A stretch of DNA of 64,000 bases, from assembly GCA_963818475.1 (NCBI GenBank), contig CAWFSF010000001.1, forward strand, positions 224,001 to 288,000, given 5' to 3'. The stretch comes from Nitrospirota bacterium (lineage in GTDB: Bacteria > Nitrospirota > UBA9217). Position 1 is the stretch's first letter. Every line of letters begins with the position of its first letter. The notes beneath the pieces are model-generated. The model was not told the origin of the DNA. It saw only the letters and a program-made list of their open reading frames with translations, and did no database searches. The position numbers and the translations under genes were made by a program. Positions 34,185 through 44,541 of the stretch are shown piece by piece.

Positions 34185-35669
34185 CTATTCCACCCGTTTG
34201 AAGTCGATATACCCGCGCTCAACATCCGTACGGACCAGCTGCACCCGCAGTTGATTGCCGACGTCAAGGCCGTCCTGACCGCTCGACAGCCTGCCTTCGA
34301 TGGGCGGATGGAGCAGCCGGACCCAGGTGCCTTTTGCCGCAGCGCCGGTGACGATGGCATCGAAGCGCTCGCCGACTCTGTTCTCCAGGAGCATGGCTGC
34401 CGCGGATTTTCTGACCTGCCGTTCGACCTTCTTCGCCGCATCCTCTTTTTCCGTGCAATGCTTTGCGAGCGATTCGAGCTCGCCATGCGCGTAGGGAAGC
34501 TCCTGCCCGCCGAGGGCGGACTTGAGCAGCCGCTGGGTAATAACGTCCGGAAAGCGGCGGTTCGGCGCCGTGGAATGGGCATAGTCCCTGACTGCGAGGC
34601 CGAAATGGCCGGTCGTGCTGTCGGCGGTTGATCCGGGAACCCGCACGGCATATTCACCGGGTCCCATCAGCTTGATCACGGACAAGGAAAGATCGGGAAA
34701 GCGTACGGGATCGGCTGCCCGCTCCTGCGTCAGGAATTGCTCCAGCGCTTTTGAGTCCGGCGCTGCCGGCAGCTTATAGCGCTTCTCCGCAGCAAGCTCG
34801 ACGATGCGGTCCCATCGTTTGGGCGTCCGCACAACGCGCCTGAGCGAAGGAAGCTTTTTGGCAAATAGAAAGCGCGACGTAACGCCGTTCGCGGCGACCA
34901 TGAAGTTCTCGATGATGTCATGGGCCCTTCCGCCCTTTTCAGCGGACACGTCCTTGAGCTCATCGGCATCGAACACCAGCCTCGCCTCCACGGTCTCGAG
35001 GGTCAAGGCGCCGTGGTCATGCCTGAAGGTTTTCATTTCCTGTGCCACCCGGTCCTGGAGCCAAAGGTTCTCAGCAAGGCCGTCCACCTCTCCGATCTCG
35101 ATCGGCATGGAACCCTTGCCGTCGAGCCAGTCGGCAAGGCTGTTGTAGCAGAGTTTCGCGCGGTTCTGGACCAGCGCCCCGTACACATCGGAGCGCCTGA
35201 GCGACCCGTCCGCCGCGATCTCCATTTCAACCACGACAGCATGCCGTTCTGATGCGTAATTAAGCGAGGTCAGATCGGTCGAAAGCTTCTCCGGCAGCAT
35301 GGGGAAGATCCGTGCCTCGGTATAGACCGACGTCGTGTTCTGGCGCGCGTGCGCATCGATGGCAGAATCTTTTTTGACCAGCGCATCCACATCGGCGATC
35401 GCGACAAATATCTTCGCTGCACCATCAGGCAATGCTTCGGCAACCGTGAGCTGGTCCAGGTCGCGGGAGTCGTCGTTGTCGATGGAGCACCAGATCAGAT
35501 GCCGCAGATCGCGGGTCTGACCTTCGGCAATGGCCACGTGCCCCTGCATGGTCTCGAGCTCTGCCAGCGCCTGGGTTGAGAACTCCGGCAACAGGCCCCG
35601 TTCGAGCATTGCTCGGCGGGCGATGCGCTGCAGGATGGTTCGGTGCTTTTTCGCGTTTGGATCAGTCAT
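34185..35669 (-). CDS. RNB-domain ribonuclease (RNase II/R family)
   Basis: SIDNDDSRDLDQ, HFGLAVRDYAHSTAPNRRFPD. Confidence 0.9.
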   Translation of the reverse strand: MTDPNAKKHRTILQRIARRAMLERGLLPEFSTQALAELETMQGHVAIAEGQTRDLRHLIWCSIDNDDSRDLDQLTVAEALPDGAAKIFVAIADVDALVKKDSAIDAHARQNTTSVYTEARIFPMLPEKLSTDLTSLNYASERHAVVVEMEIAADGSLRRSDVYGALVQNRAKLCYNSLADWLDGKGSMPIEIGEVDGLAENLWLQDRVAQEMKTFRHDHGALTLETVEARLVFDADELKDVSAEKGGRAHDIIENFMVAANGVTSRFLFAKKLPSLRRVVRTPKRWDRIVELAAEKRYKLPAAPDSKALEQFLTQERAADPVRFPDLSLSVIKLMGPGEYAVRVPGSTADSTTGHFGLAVRDYAHSTAPNRRFPDVITQRLLKSALGGQELPYAHGELESLAKHCTEKEDAAKKVERQVRKSAAAMLLENRVGERFDAIVTGAAAKGTWVRLLHPPIEGRLSSGQDGLDVGNQLRVQLVRTDVERGYIDFKRVE

Positions 35670-35876
35670 AAGGGAACCTCGGAATGGATTTATATTACCG
35701 GCATGGGAAACGTTGAAGCGGATTCATTATATATAGTGACCGGAAAAAGCACAATAAAAGAAAAAGCGATTGAGACGCGGACAAAGCTGAAACCCGGACT
35801 TGTGAGCTGACCGTGAATCGGCTATAATATGCCACTTTTCAGCAGGAATATATTTCACCACAAGGAGGCACACTAC

Positions 35877-36605
35877 ATGTCAAGAAGCACCAGGATCAGC
35901 AGGATCGCGGCAACATTGTTTTTTGTATTATTTATTGCCGGGGTCGCGTTCTCAAACTCCAGCAGCGAACCAGGGGTATCCCCGGACGAGGCCCTGCAAA
36001 AGCTGATGGAAGGCAACCAACATTACGTGGATAACAAGCTGACCAATGCTGCGCAATGCGACGCTGCAGCACGGACCTCGCTGGCCAGGTCCCAGAAACC
36101 CTACGCCATCATCCTCACCTGTTCCGACTCCCGCGTCCCGCCGGAAATCATTTTCGATAAAGGTCTGGGTGAGATCTTTGTTGTCCGAGTTGCGGGAAAC
36201 ATACCCGATCCTGTCGTTCTCGGGAGCATCGAGTATGCCGCCGAGCATCTGGGCTCGACCCTGGTAATGGTGTTGGGACACGAGCGCTGCGGAGCGGTCA
36301 CTGCCACCGTGGATTCAAAAGGGAAGAGTACCGGCAGCGTAAACATTGACGCCATCGTCAAGGGCATTGAACCAAACGTCAAGGTAGCCGCACACGATTG
36401 CGACGCTTGCAAGGGTGTTGCAAAATGCGCCGAAACAAAGAAAAACGATTTTGTGGAATGCGTGATCGATGCCAATGCAAAAACAGTGGCTGCCGGCCTG
36501 ACAAAGAGATCCAAGATCCTCAAACATCTGGCCGAAGAGAAAAAGCTCAAGATCGTGGCCGCCAGGTATGATTTGGATGAAGGCACGGTAACACTGTTCA
36601 AGTAG
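35877..36605 (+). CDS. Beta-class carbonic anhydrase with N-terminal signal peptide
   Basis: CSDSRV, RVAGN, GHERCGAV; AAGGAGG RBS. Confidence 0.92.
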   Translation: MSRSTRISRIAATLFFVLFIAGVAFSNSSSEPGVSPDEALQKLMEGNQHYVDNKLTNAAQCDAAARTSLARSQKPYAIILTCSDSRVPPEIIFDKGLGEIFVVRVAGNIPDPVVLGSIEYAAEHLGSTLVMVLGHERCGAVTATVDSKGKSTGSVNIDAIVKGIEPNVKVAAHDCDACKGVAKCAETKKNDFVECVIDANAKTVAAGLTKRSKILKHLAEEKKLKIVAARYDLDEGTVTLFK

Positions 36606-36794
36606 GATGAACGAAGCAGAGCGGGAAGAATAGCGAGGGTCGTGTTTCAACCTTGCTCAAAAGCAAGTTGGCACACGACCCTTATTTTTTGGCAGTTCGT
36701 TGTTTGAGTCCGGCAGGTTGGGCAAAAGATCTGTAGAAAAAGCCCGTTTGAATGATGACAAAATTTGAGAAACGACTTTCGCTACAGGTTCAAC
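35928..36794 (+). repeat. Direct repeat copy 1 (carbonic anhydrase body plus downstream region up to the attC crossover)
   Basis: Near-identical to 39805-40668 with a few substitutions and small indels. Confidence 0.92.
36637..36690 (+). terminator. Intrinsic terminator (duplicated at about 40509-40562)
   Basis: AGGGTCGTGT...ACACGACCCT followed by TATTTTTT. Confidence 0.7.
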
Positions 36795-36846
36795 GCGGCG
36801 CTGACGCGCCGCCTCTGGCGCGTCGCAGTCGAGCGCCAGGTTGGTC
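36788..36846 (-). other. attC site 1 (59 bp)
   Basis: Minus strand GACCAAC-CTGGC-GCTCGAC...GTCAGC-GCCGC-GTTGAAC; extra base in L''. Confidence 0.88.
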
Positions 36847-36851
36847 CTAAA

Positions 36852-37877
36852 CTATTTGAGCCCCCAGTCTGTAAGATGGGGAAAGGACTGCCAGAGCGCG
36901 TAAAAAACTGTCATCATGAGAATTATAATGAGAACCAGCATCTGCCACGTTGAAGTACTGCTTTGCTGTTCTCTCAAAGACGGCTCAGAAAAATTTGTGG
37001 CAAGTTCAAGTTGTGGGTTTAACGTATTTACAATGGCAATAACCTGCTTGATCTCTGTTATATATTTCCCAAATGTTGAAAGTCCTATTTCATAAATATC
37101 ATTTCGCATAGTCCTGATTATAAGAAAAGAACGCTCAGACATATAAAGGTCTTTCATCTTCCCTTGAATAGCTATCACATCTGATAAAGGGATAATATCT
37201 CTTGTCGTCCAGCCGTTAGGCTTTCGGAGAGAAAAACAGTTGTAATCAAGGAAAATCAAGTTCGCTGAAGTGATGACTAAAGCTTTCCTAATTATCCTTT
37301 TACCGTTTATGAATTTGTTAGTAAACATGTTCAATGTTTTGTAGAACAAGACTTCCTCGCCTTCCCCTAAACTCAGTAAGTTTAGCAAAGCTGGAGGAAT
37401 TTTATCGCCCTTTACATGAGGTGATATTTTGGCAGGCGAAGCGGGAAGGGCATCCCCTTTTTTATAATCGCAATTCGAGCATGAACCGACTAAGTAAGAA
37501 TTATGGTAATGGCATGAGGGACATGTCTCAAAATATTGATTCCGAGTAATATCACTGATCAGTCGTTTAAACGATTTTTGAATCAGAAGGCGCACAACAA
37601 TAAAAGCTAAAAAAACGATGATGAAATAATTCTTAGTAGACGGGAAGATGATGGGGCCGTTCATAAAATCCAAATACGCAGATAAAACATAGGCCAGCAC
37701 ACCGATTACAACTGTTTTTTGTAGAAATTTTGATCCTTTTAAAGACTGCTCGATAGCAAAAACAATGAAAATCCTATAACTGCCAATTCCAGAAATAAAA
37801 AACAGAATGGCAGTGACGACACCTGCCATACTTAAAATATAATCACGTTGTGGGATTGTTAGATTCCTGACCTTCAT
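36852..37877 (-). CDS. Gene cassette 1: membrane protein with double-CxxC zinc ribbon
   Basis: AT-rich; TM segments; CPSC...CSNC; bounded by GTTAGTC and attC1. Confidence 0.75.
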   Translation of the reverse strand: MKVRNLTIPQRDYILSMAGVVTAILFFISGIGSYRIFIVFAIEQSLKGSKFLQKTVVIGVLAYVLSAYLDFMNGPIIFPSTKNYFIIVFLAFIVVRLLIQKSFKRLISDITRNQYFETCPSCHYHNSYLVGSCSNCDYKKGDALPASPAKISPHVKGDKIPPALLNLLSLGEGEEVLFYKTLNMFTNKFINGKRIIRKALVITSANLIFLDYNCFSLRKPNGWTTRDIIPLSDVIAIQGKMKDLYMSERSFLIIRTMRNDIYEIGLSTFGKYITEIKQVIAIVNTLNPQLELATNFSEPSLREQQSSTSTWQMLVLIIILMMTVFYALWQSFPHLTDWGLK

Positions 37878-37920
37878 GGATATCGCTCGCAATATTCAGT
37901 TCATTTTATGGACTAACACG

Positions 37921-37979
37921 GATTAACGCGCGCCTGACGCGCCGCCTTTGGCGCGTCGCTGTCGAGGCGCTTGTTGTAT
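37921..37979 (-). other. attC site 2 (59 bp)
   Basis: Minus strand ATACAAC...CCTCGAC...GTCAGG-CGCGC-GTTAATC. Confidence 0.88.
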
Positions 37980-37983
37980 TTGA

Positions 37984-38694
37984 TTACGATTGCATGTAGC
38001 CGTTTTGTTTGCTCTTAAAGTGGGTAATCAATCCTTGTTCAAAAAAGAACATTAAGTCGTTAAGGGACAATTTGCTGATGACATATTTCTTCCTATGCTT
38101 ACTAATTGTTGTCGTTCCTGACATATTCACAATCAATTTAGCTTCATGAACAAATTGCGATCTGACATCGTATAGATACTTTGAGAGATCGTCGATTGTG
38201 GCATTAGAGTTTGCGATTTCCAATTTTTGTAAAATCGTTGACTGATGCTGGTCAGCCAATGACTTAAAGAAGGCCATCGATTGCTGGATTGATCCAAATT
38301 CTCTTTTGTATTGACGGAAATAACCTTTCAGTTCTTCTTTGTCTTTAATAGGAAATGTTATAATTGATTTTTTCCTAACAAGGTAATCAAAGAATTCGAT
38401 ATACGGTTCACAGTGTAGAGACTCAATCAGGGAGAATATTGCAATGTACTTATAGGTATCTGTAAGATAATCAATCCTTTTATTCAAACCAGGAATCTTT
38501 ATCAGCCAATCACCCCGTTTAACCAGAAATAAATAAAATGATGCTGTTTTCAAAAAAAAATTCTTATCTTCATCTGTTGTTATGGTCTTATAATATTCAT
38601 CGAACACTTTCCGACTTCTAAAGTGACTTTTAAGGGCGAGATAGGAATATTTTAAAAATTTATCCTTTGCCTCCAAATATCGCATATCCTTCAT
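37984..38694 (-). CDS. Gene cassette 2: HEPN-like protein (Rx4H)
   Basis: Helical, AT-rich; LYDVRSQFVH motif and upstream SLIESL. Confidence 0.6.
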   Translation of the reverse strand: MKDMRYLEAKDKFLKYSYLALKSHFRSRKVFDEYYKTITTDEDKNFFLKTASFYLFLVKRGDWLIKIPGLNKRIDYLTDTYKYIAIFSLIESLHCEPYIEFFDYLVRKKSIITFPIKDKEELKGYFRQYKREFGSIQQSMAFFKSLADQHQSTILQKLEIANSNATIDDLSKYLYDVRSQFVHEAKLIVNMSGTTTISKHRKKYVISKLSLNDLMFFFEQGLITHFKSKQNGYMQS

Positions 38695-38712
38695 AAGCCA
38701 GCCTCTGGATAA

Positions 38713-39799
38713 ATCTTGGGGACGTTGTTGTTATTTGATATGATACATTATCTTCCAGATTTTTGTTCCATTCGCTGAATAGCTTTTGTAATTGCCGGTG
38801 TGCTGACTCCCACCTGTCGGGCTATGGCGGCAGCCGACAACCCCAGCTCTTCTCTACCCCGCATGGCAATGGTTGCCCGCGTTTCGCTTACAGCCCTGCG
38901 TTTTCCACCTCCACGCAGTTCAAGAGGATTGATCCCGCTCCTTCGGCATTCCTCCCCTATGATCTTCTTGATGGTTTTTCCCGCCCGGGTGTATTTGAGC
39001 TGGCGCAGGTGCCGTTCTTCCGTTTCTTTCAGGATCTGATAGACAAAATCACCGCCGCCAAGTATGCGCTGATCGAAATCTTCTTGCTGTCCTCTCCGGC
39101 GCATTGCCAGCACCTGTGACCATCCGCCCTGGCTTCGAATAAGGCCTCCGCCGGTCAGCTCCTTGACAGGACCCTGGTCAATTCCTTCCCGCATGAACCG
39201 GCGATACTCATTTGCAGCCTTCCGATGGGTGACCCCAAATTGGGACATCACTCCCTCGATATCCATCCACGGATACTTGGCCTTTCCGACGAGTGTTCTG
39301 TGGCCGCACCACGCATAACGGTCCAGTTCTTCGATGGTTTTAACGATTCCTGCGCGGACGGGATTAAGATGGATGTAACGAACAAGAGCCAGAAGGTAAT
39401 TGTCTTCATCGCAGAGAATGGATTTATAGCGGTTTTCAAACAGGTGCCCCGTCCTGTTATGGCGGCGGTTGTAGTACTGCGCGTACCAGGTGAGAAGCTT
39501 TCGCATGACGCAGGATATGCCATCCTTGCCGCTCTTGAAGAGAATGTGGACATGATTCCTCATCAACGCCCAGGCGTATACGGTGCTTTTCCCGTCAGCC
39601 ACATTGAGGCCGAGTCGCTCGAGGAAGAGGCCTCTGTCCTGATCGTCTTTGAATATGTCTGTTTTGTCGATGCCCCGAACCATGATGTGATGCAAGGCGC
39701 CGGGAACATCGAGGCGGGCTTGGCGCGGCATGGGTCTATTATAGTGAAAAGCGGTTCGCTGTCAAGAAATATATCAGATAGCAACAACGTCCCCAAGAT
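38713..39799 (-). mobile_element. RAYT-like element with 29-bp terminal inverted repeats
   Basis: ATCTTGGGGACGTTGTTGTTATTTGATAT (38713-38741) vs reverse complement of 39771-39799, 27/29 identical. Confidence 0.78.
38748..39731 (-). CDS. Y1 HUH (RAYT/IS200-like) transposase with C-terminal HTH
   Basis: MPRQAR...HHIMVRG, LMRNHVHIL (HUH), GHLFENRYKS, YIHLNPVRA. Confidence 0.88.
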   Translation of the reverse strand: MPRQARLDVPGALHHIMVRGIDKTDIFKDDQDRGLFLERLGLNVADGKSTVYAWALMRNHVHILFKSGKDGISCVMRKLLTWYAQYYNRRHNRTGHLFENRYKSILCDEDNYLLALVRYIHLNPVRAGIVKTIEELDRYAWCGHRTLVGKAKYPWMDIEGVMSQFGVTHRKAANEYRRFMREGIDQGPVKELTGGGLIRSQGGWSQVLAMRRRGQQEDFDQRILGGGDFVYQILKETEERHLRQLKYTRAGKTIKKIIGEECRRSGINPLELRGGGKRRAVSETRATIAMRGREELGLSAAAIARQVGVSTPAITKAIQRMEQKSGR

Positions 39800-39804
39800 G
39801 TCCG

Positions 39805-40482
39805 TTATTTATTGCCGGGGTCGCGTTCTCAAACTCCAGCAGCGAACCAGGGGTATCCCCGGACGAGGCCCTGCAAAAGCTGATGGAAGGCAACCAACAT
39901 TATGTGGATAACAAGCTGACCAATGCTGCGCAATGCGACGCTGCAGCACGGACCTCGCTGGCCAGGTCCCAGAAACCCTACGCCATCATCCTCACCTGTT
40001 CCGACTCCCGCGTCCCGCCGGAAATCATTTTCGATAAAGGTCTGGGTGAGATCTTTGTTGTCCGAGTTGCGGGAAACATACCCGATCCTGTCGTTCTCGG
40101 GAGCATCGAGTATGCCGCCGAGCATCTGGGCTCGACCCTGGTAATGGTGTTGGGACACGAGCGCTGCGGAGCGGTCACTGCCACCGTGGATTCAAAAGGG
40201 AAGAGTACCGGCAGCGTAAACATTGACGCCATCGTCAAGGGCATTGAACCAAACGTCAAGGTAGCCGCACACGATTGCGACGCTTGCAAGGGTGTTGCAA
40301 AATGCGCCGAAACAAAGAAAAACGATTTTGTGGAATGCGTGATCGATGCCAATGCAAAAACAGTGGCTGCCGGCCTGACAAAGAGATCCAAGATACTCAA
40401 ACATCTGTCCGAAGAGAAAAAGCTCAAGATCGTGGCCGCCAGGTATGATTTGGATGAAGGCACGGTAACACTGTTTAAGTAG
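39805..40482 (+). pseudogene. 5'-truncated second copy of the carbonic anhydrase
   Basis: Lacks the RBS, start codon and most of the signal peptide; catalytic domain still open from Met at 39883. Confidence 0.8.
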
Positions 40483-40668
40483 GGTGGAATTAAGCGGGAA
40501 GAATAGCGAGGGTCGTGTTTCAACCTTGCTCAAAAGCAAGTTGGCACACGACCCTTATTTTGTGGCAGTTCGTTGTTTGAGTCCGGCAGGTTGGGCAAAA
40601 GATCTGTAGAAAAAGCCCGTTTTGAATGATGACAAAATTTGAGAAACGACTTTCGCTACAAGTTCAAC
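39805..40668 (+). repeat. Direct repeat copy 2
   Basis: Offset 3877 from copy 1 through the CDS; ends at GTTCAAC. Confidence 0.92.
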
Positions 40669-40717
40669 ACGGAGTTCACACGCCGCTTAGCGGTCGGCGT
40701 GGAACGACAGGTTATGC
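40662..40717 (-). other. attC site 3 (56 bp)
   Basis: Minus strand GCATAAC-CTGTC-GTTCCAC...GTGAAC-TCCGT-GTTGAAC; gene stop TAA lies inside R''. Confidence 0.85.
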
Positions 40718-43700
40718 TTTGTCATCCTTTTTTTTTATTATTTTCTCTTCAGACTTATGCTCATCTATTATCTGCTTAGCCTCGCGTTCATAGGACTCAG
40801 ATAGTTCGCGTAATGTGGCAGCAAATCTTGCAAAACCTGCAGCCTCCACGGCATTGGCTTTGTTTAGCCATTCTGCAGCCAATTCATATTCAGGTTTCCC
40901 AGTGGGATCAACCCAATGAACACCTCTTGAGTTATGAACTTCCGTGCGAAATCCCCTTCGCAGATCTTCTGCATCTCTTGCATTTAAGACTCTGGCAATC
41001 GCCTGATCAATCCACAATCCATCAGGATCGGCAGGGCAATTCAGCAAGACACCTCCAACGTGGATCATGGCTACTGCAAGGTGGCCAGAGTCTTTGCATT
41101 GTTTTTTAACAATAGCAAACCATGATTCAAATTCTTCAACAGAAAAACTGCCATCGTCCTGTAAACCTGGCGGCCGACGCCACTCGTGCAAGAGTCTCCA
41201 TGCATTGCTGGCAATAGCCGCTTTTTTCTCATCGACTTCCTCAGCCTGCTGATCTTCATTTTTAGATCGATAGATAAGCCGAATAACCTCAACAAAAAAT
41301 TCCGGCTTCGTAGCAAGGCGTTTTTCAAGCAACTTCGGTTCAGCACCATCAGGTCTAGTCAGCAACGGCAAGTAAGCCCATTCCACTTTGAAGAGATCAT
41401 TATCCTGGGCCTGCGGATCATTTTGCAGAGCCTTTATAAGCTCCGTAATATTATAGGAATCCATTGACTGCCCAGGCTCATTCGCTGAAACTGCGTCTAG
41501 TAGCGCTCTAACGGTTCGTGCTCTATCCAGTGGCATCTTGTTAAATAACCGAGAATACAGACAGCCGATTGCTGACAGTGGCCGTGAAACTTCCAGTAGT
41601 TTATCGATTGCATACAATGGATCGCTTTCAGTTTGGTAAGGATTGACAGGCACCTTTTGCCAGTACGTCTGTTCATATGTTCCTAGCCACTGAGTAGCTC
41701 GTACCCACGCGTCAGTCTCGAAAGGTAAATACATAAGGAATTGACAGCTCTGCGCCAACGACCATCTTGACCTATCGATTGCGTCAACCCACGCCCAGCC
41801 CCGCCCATGAAAACGGCTCAAAATAAAACTGGCAATGAATTGCCTATATTTGATATTTTCATTATCCAAATAATTGGGAAGTAACCCGATATCAATTTCT
41901 TTTTCATCGATTAAACCCAACGCCCGACCGATTTGGTTTGGCGATTCAACTGTCGCAGCAAACTTCAGAATACCCTGAAGTCCGCTTGTATGGATTAACG
42001 CACGAACCGCTTGAAAGCGCTTATCGTCGAGTTTCTTACGCTGCTCTTCCCAATTACCTCTCTCGTCATAGAGATCAAAATCTCTTTTACTGAAAAGTCT
42101 CTGATGCTGGCCTTCAAGACTTTGCGGAGCCAGCTTGTTTGCAGTAGTCTCAATTTGATCTACCTTGTCCGAACTCAACGCCCATTTTGCATCAGCAAAT
42201 TTGCGGTGTTTCTGCACAAAATCCATTAGACTTATCCAAATCGGCAACCGCTGATCTTCCGATAGTTCGGCGACCGCTGCAGATGCTAAATGCTCTAATA
42301 GCACATCAAATGAAGGCTTTGGCAAATTATCAATATTGCTGACAAGTTCTTTAAGCCTGTCCAAATTATCGCGAGCTATTTCGATGGCAAACTCAGCATA
42401 TACGGTCACCTGATCCCAATATTCTTGATTTGTAACTTTTGGTTGCCAGTCTTCGGGAAGTGTGATATGCCAACGGGGTTTGTAAGCACCACTAGATGTC
42501 TGATGTTGATTTGGTAGAAAAGCGATAACTACTTTCCATGCCACATCTGGAAAGTCTGCTTTAATCGCTTTAATTGACGAAATACGCTTGTCGATAGGCG
42601 CCAAGGTCTGTGGGTACCACGGCAACAATATCTGTACTATCGAATTGGCTGGACGATTCGCCCATCTACCCCCAGGATCATGTGCTGCGAGTTCCGCTAA
42701 AATGACGATTGATCGTGTTAGATATTTATCGCTCCAGGACAAGCTTTCTAACGCCCACAGCAAACCAGTCATATAGTTTCTGCCACTAATACCCTTACCT
42801 TCCTGTGCAAATAAATTATCAAAAGGGCATGGAGTTTGCTGCAATGCATCCTCGACTTGACTTAGGAATTCATCTGGAGCGGCCTCGGCCAAGGTCGGCA
42901 ATAAATCATTAATGCTACCCCAAAGTTTCCAATCCGCTTGTTTGAAAATGTCGCGAATAGTCAAAACGGCAATCAATTCTGCTTTATATCGAGAGACATT
43001 TACTAATTTATCGCCATAGTTCCCAAGCAGCGCCAAGGTTTCAGCTATTCCCTTACGTAGACCTAACGAGTGCTTGAGTATCTTCCCCTGTATGCTTGCA
43101 ACGTAACGCTCTTCGGCAGGCAACTCAAATTGTGGATCCAATTCTTTAAGTACCTCGACAGCGCATGCTTTGAATTTGTCTAAATGAGCATCAAATATTC
43201 TAGAACCAAAAGATTCAAAGAGCATTTTGCGGTCTGAAACCGCCCATTGACCGTTTCTAAGCGACAGTGGATTGCTCTGTTCTTGAAGGACTTCGCGTAG
43301 GTCACCTATCCAAGTGTTATAATCCATCGATCAGCCTCTTTATAACTTCTAAATCGGATTCATTTCTTTCATCCCACTGACCAACTAGAGCGGCTATGGC
43401 CAAAGCAAGTGGGCTAACTTGTGAGGTCAAGTTACTTGTTGAGCGTGGCATATCTGGTTTTACAAACTCTGTCGGAATGCTTGCGGCCGCCCTTTGTTTG
43501 AAAGCGTCTCTTAAATCTTGAGGAAGCTTGTCAAGCGTTACAGTTCCTGCATCCTGATTCCAAGTCTCGACAATATCAACGACCCTCGACCAGGCCCACT
43601 GTGGATAGCTCGAGTTAAATTGAGAAATATGAGAGTGAAGCAACGATAAGACTACTCCTACCTCTTTACCTAGATCGTAACCTAGCAAATAGAATTTATT

Positions 43701-44339
43701 CAAAAATGCATATAGCACTTCATCAGAAACTTTCTTGCTGCCATTTGCACCTTTTAGATGATGTCGAAATACATCGAGTTTCTCTTTTGCTTTTGATGGG
43801 CTAAATCTTGTCTGGTTAACATTTCTAAAAAATTCAACACTGTCTTTGGTGTGCCGTGCTTGATCAAGTAACCACACTACGTTATGAGCATCTGTTTCAT
43901 TTAAAGGACCTGTAATTAGCGCTATAGCGTCTTTACGCTTGTCAAATAGCACAGTGTTATTAAAGTCGCTCCACGCTGCATGCATGACTTCGGCAAGAAC
44001 AGTATTGCCCTTGGTAAAACCAATTGAGTGCTTGATCTGCCCAAGGAGTTTGCATTCCTCTCTTGTGTTGCCATTTCCAACAAAAACGATAAGATCATCT
44101 GTATCAAAGCCGTCTATTTTTCCTTGAAGCTTTACTTGTCTTATCGGCCAACATGGCAGAGCGGGGGCGTATCCGCCGGTTAGCATTAGCGCAACAAAGG
44201 AAGCTTGAACGTGAGCTTCAAAATGAAATCCAACACCACCCGTCGAACGGGGATTGCTCAGCAGCTTTTTTGCTTTTGAGCTAATGCCACTATTCTTACG
44301 TCGACGCTTACTAGTTTTAGAAACAGATTTTCTTTTCAA
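40712..44339 (-). CDS. Gene cassette 3: ~1200-aa protein with N-terminal PD-(D/E)xK-like nuclease and helical C-terminus; probably one frameshifted gene
   Basis: ORFs 43317..44339 (STGGVGFHFE...TDDLIV...GQIKHS) and 40712..43327 overlap by 11 nt with no evident RBS. Confidence 0.65.
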
Positions 44340-44482
44340 GTATTCCCCGCAATTAATTATTAAAATATGTTTCCGTCGTCAGTCAATTTTAGCTGAACTT
44401 GAATATTCAGACCTGGAATCAAAAAATGCACAATGATCATGTGCTTCTAAGACAGGATGCTACTGATATTCTCAGCTTCTTA

Positions 44483-44541
44483 TAATAACACGCGCCTGAC
44501 GCGCCGCCTTTGGCACGTCGCTGTCGAGGCGCAGGTTAGTT
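44483..44541 (-). other. attC site 4 (59 bp)
   Basis: Minus strand AACTAAC-CTGCG-CCTCGAC...GTCAGG-CGCGT-GTTATTA; nearly identical to attC2. Confidence 0.88.

Noticed and set aside
37893-37904. In-frame ATG-AAC-TGA upstream of cassette 1 as another selenocysteine codon
   Set aside because: No Cys-motif context and no SECIS-like hairpin; a downstream ATG at 37877 is an adequate start.
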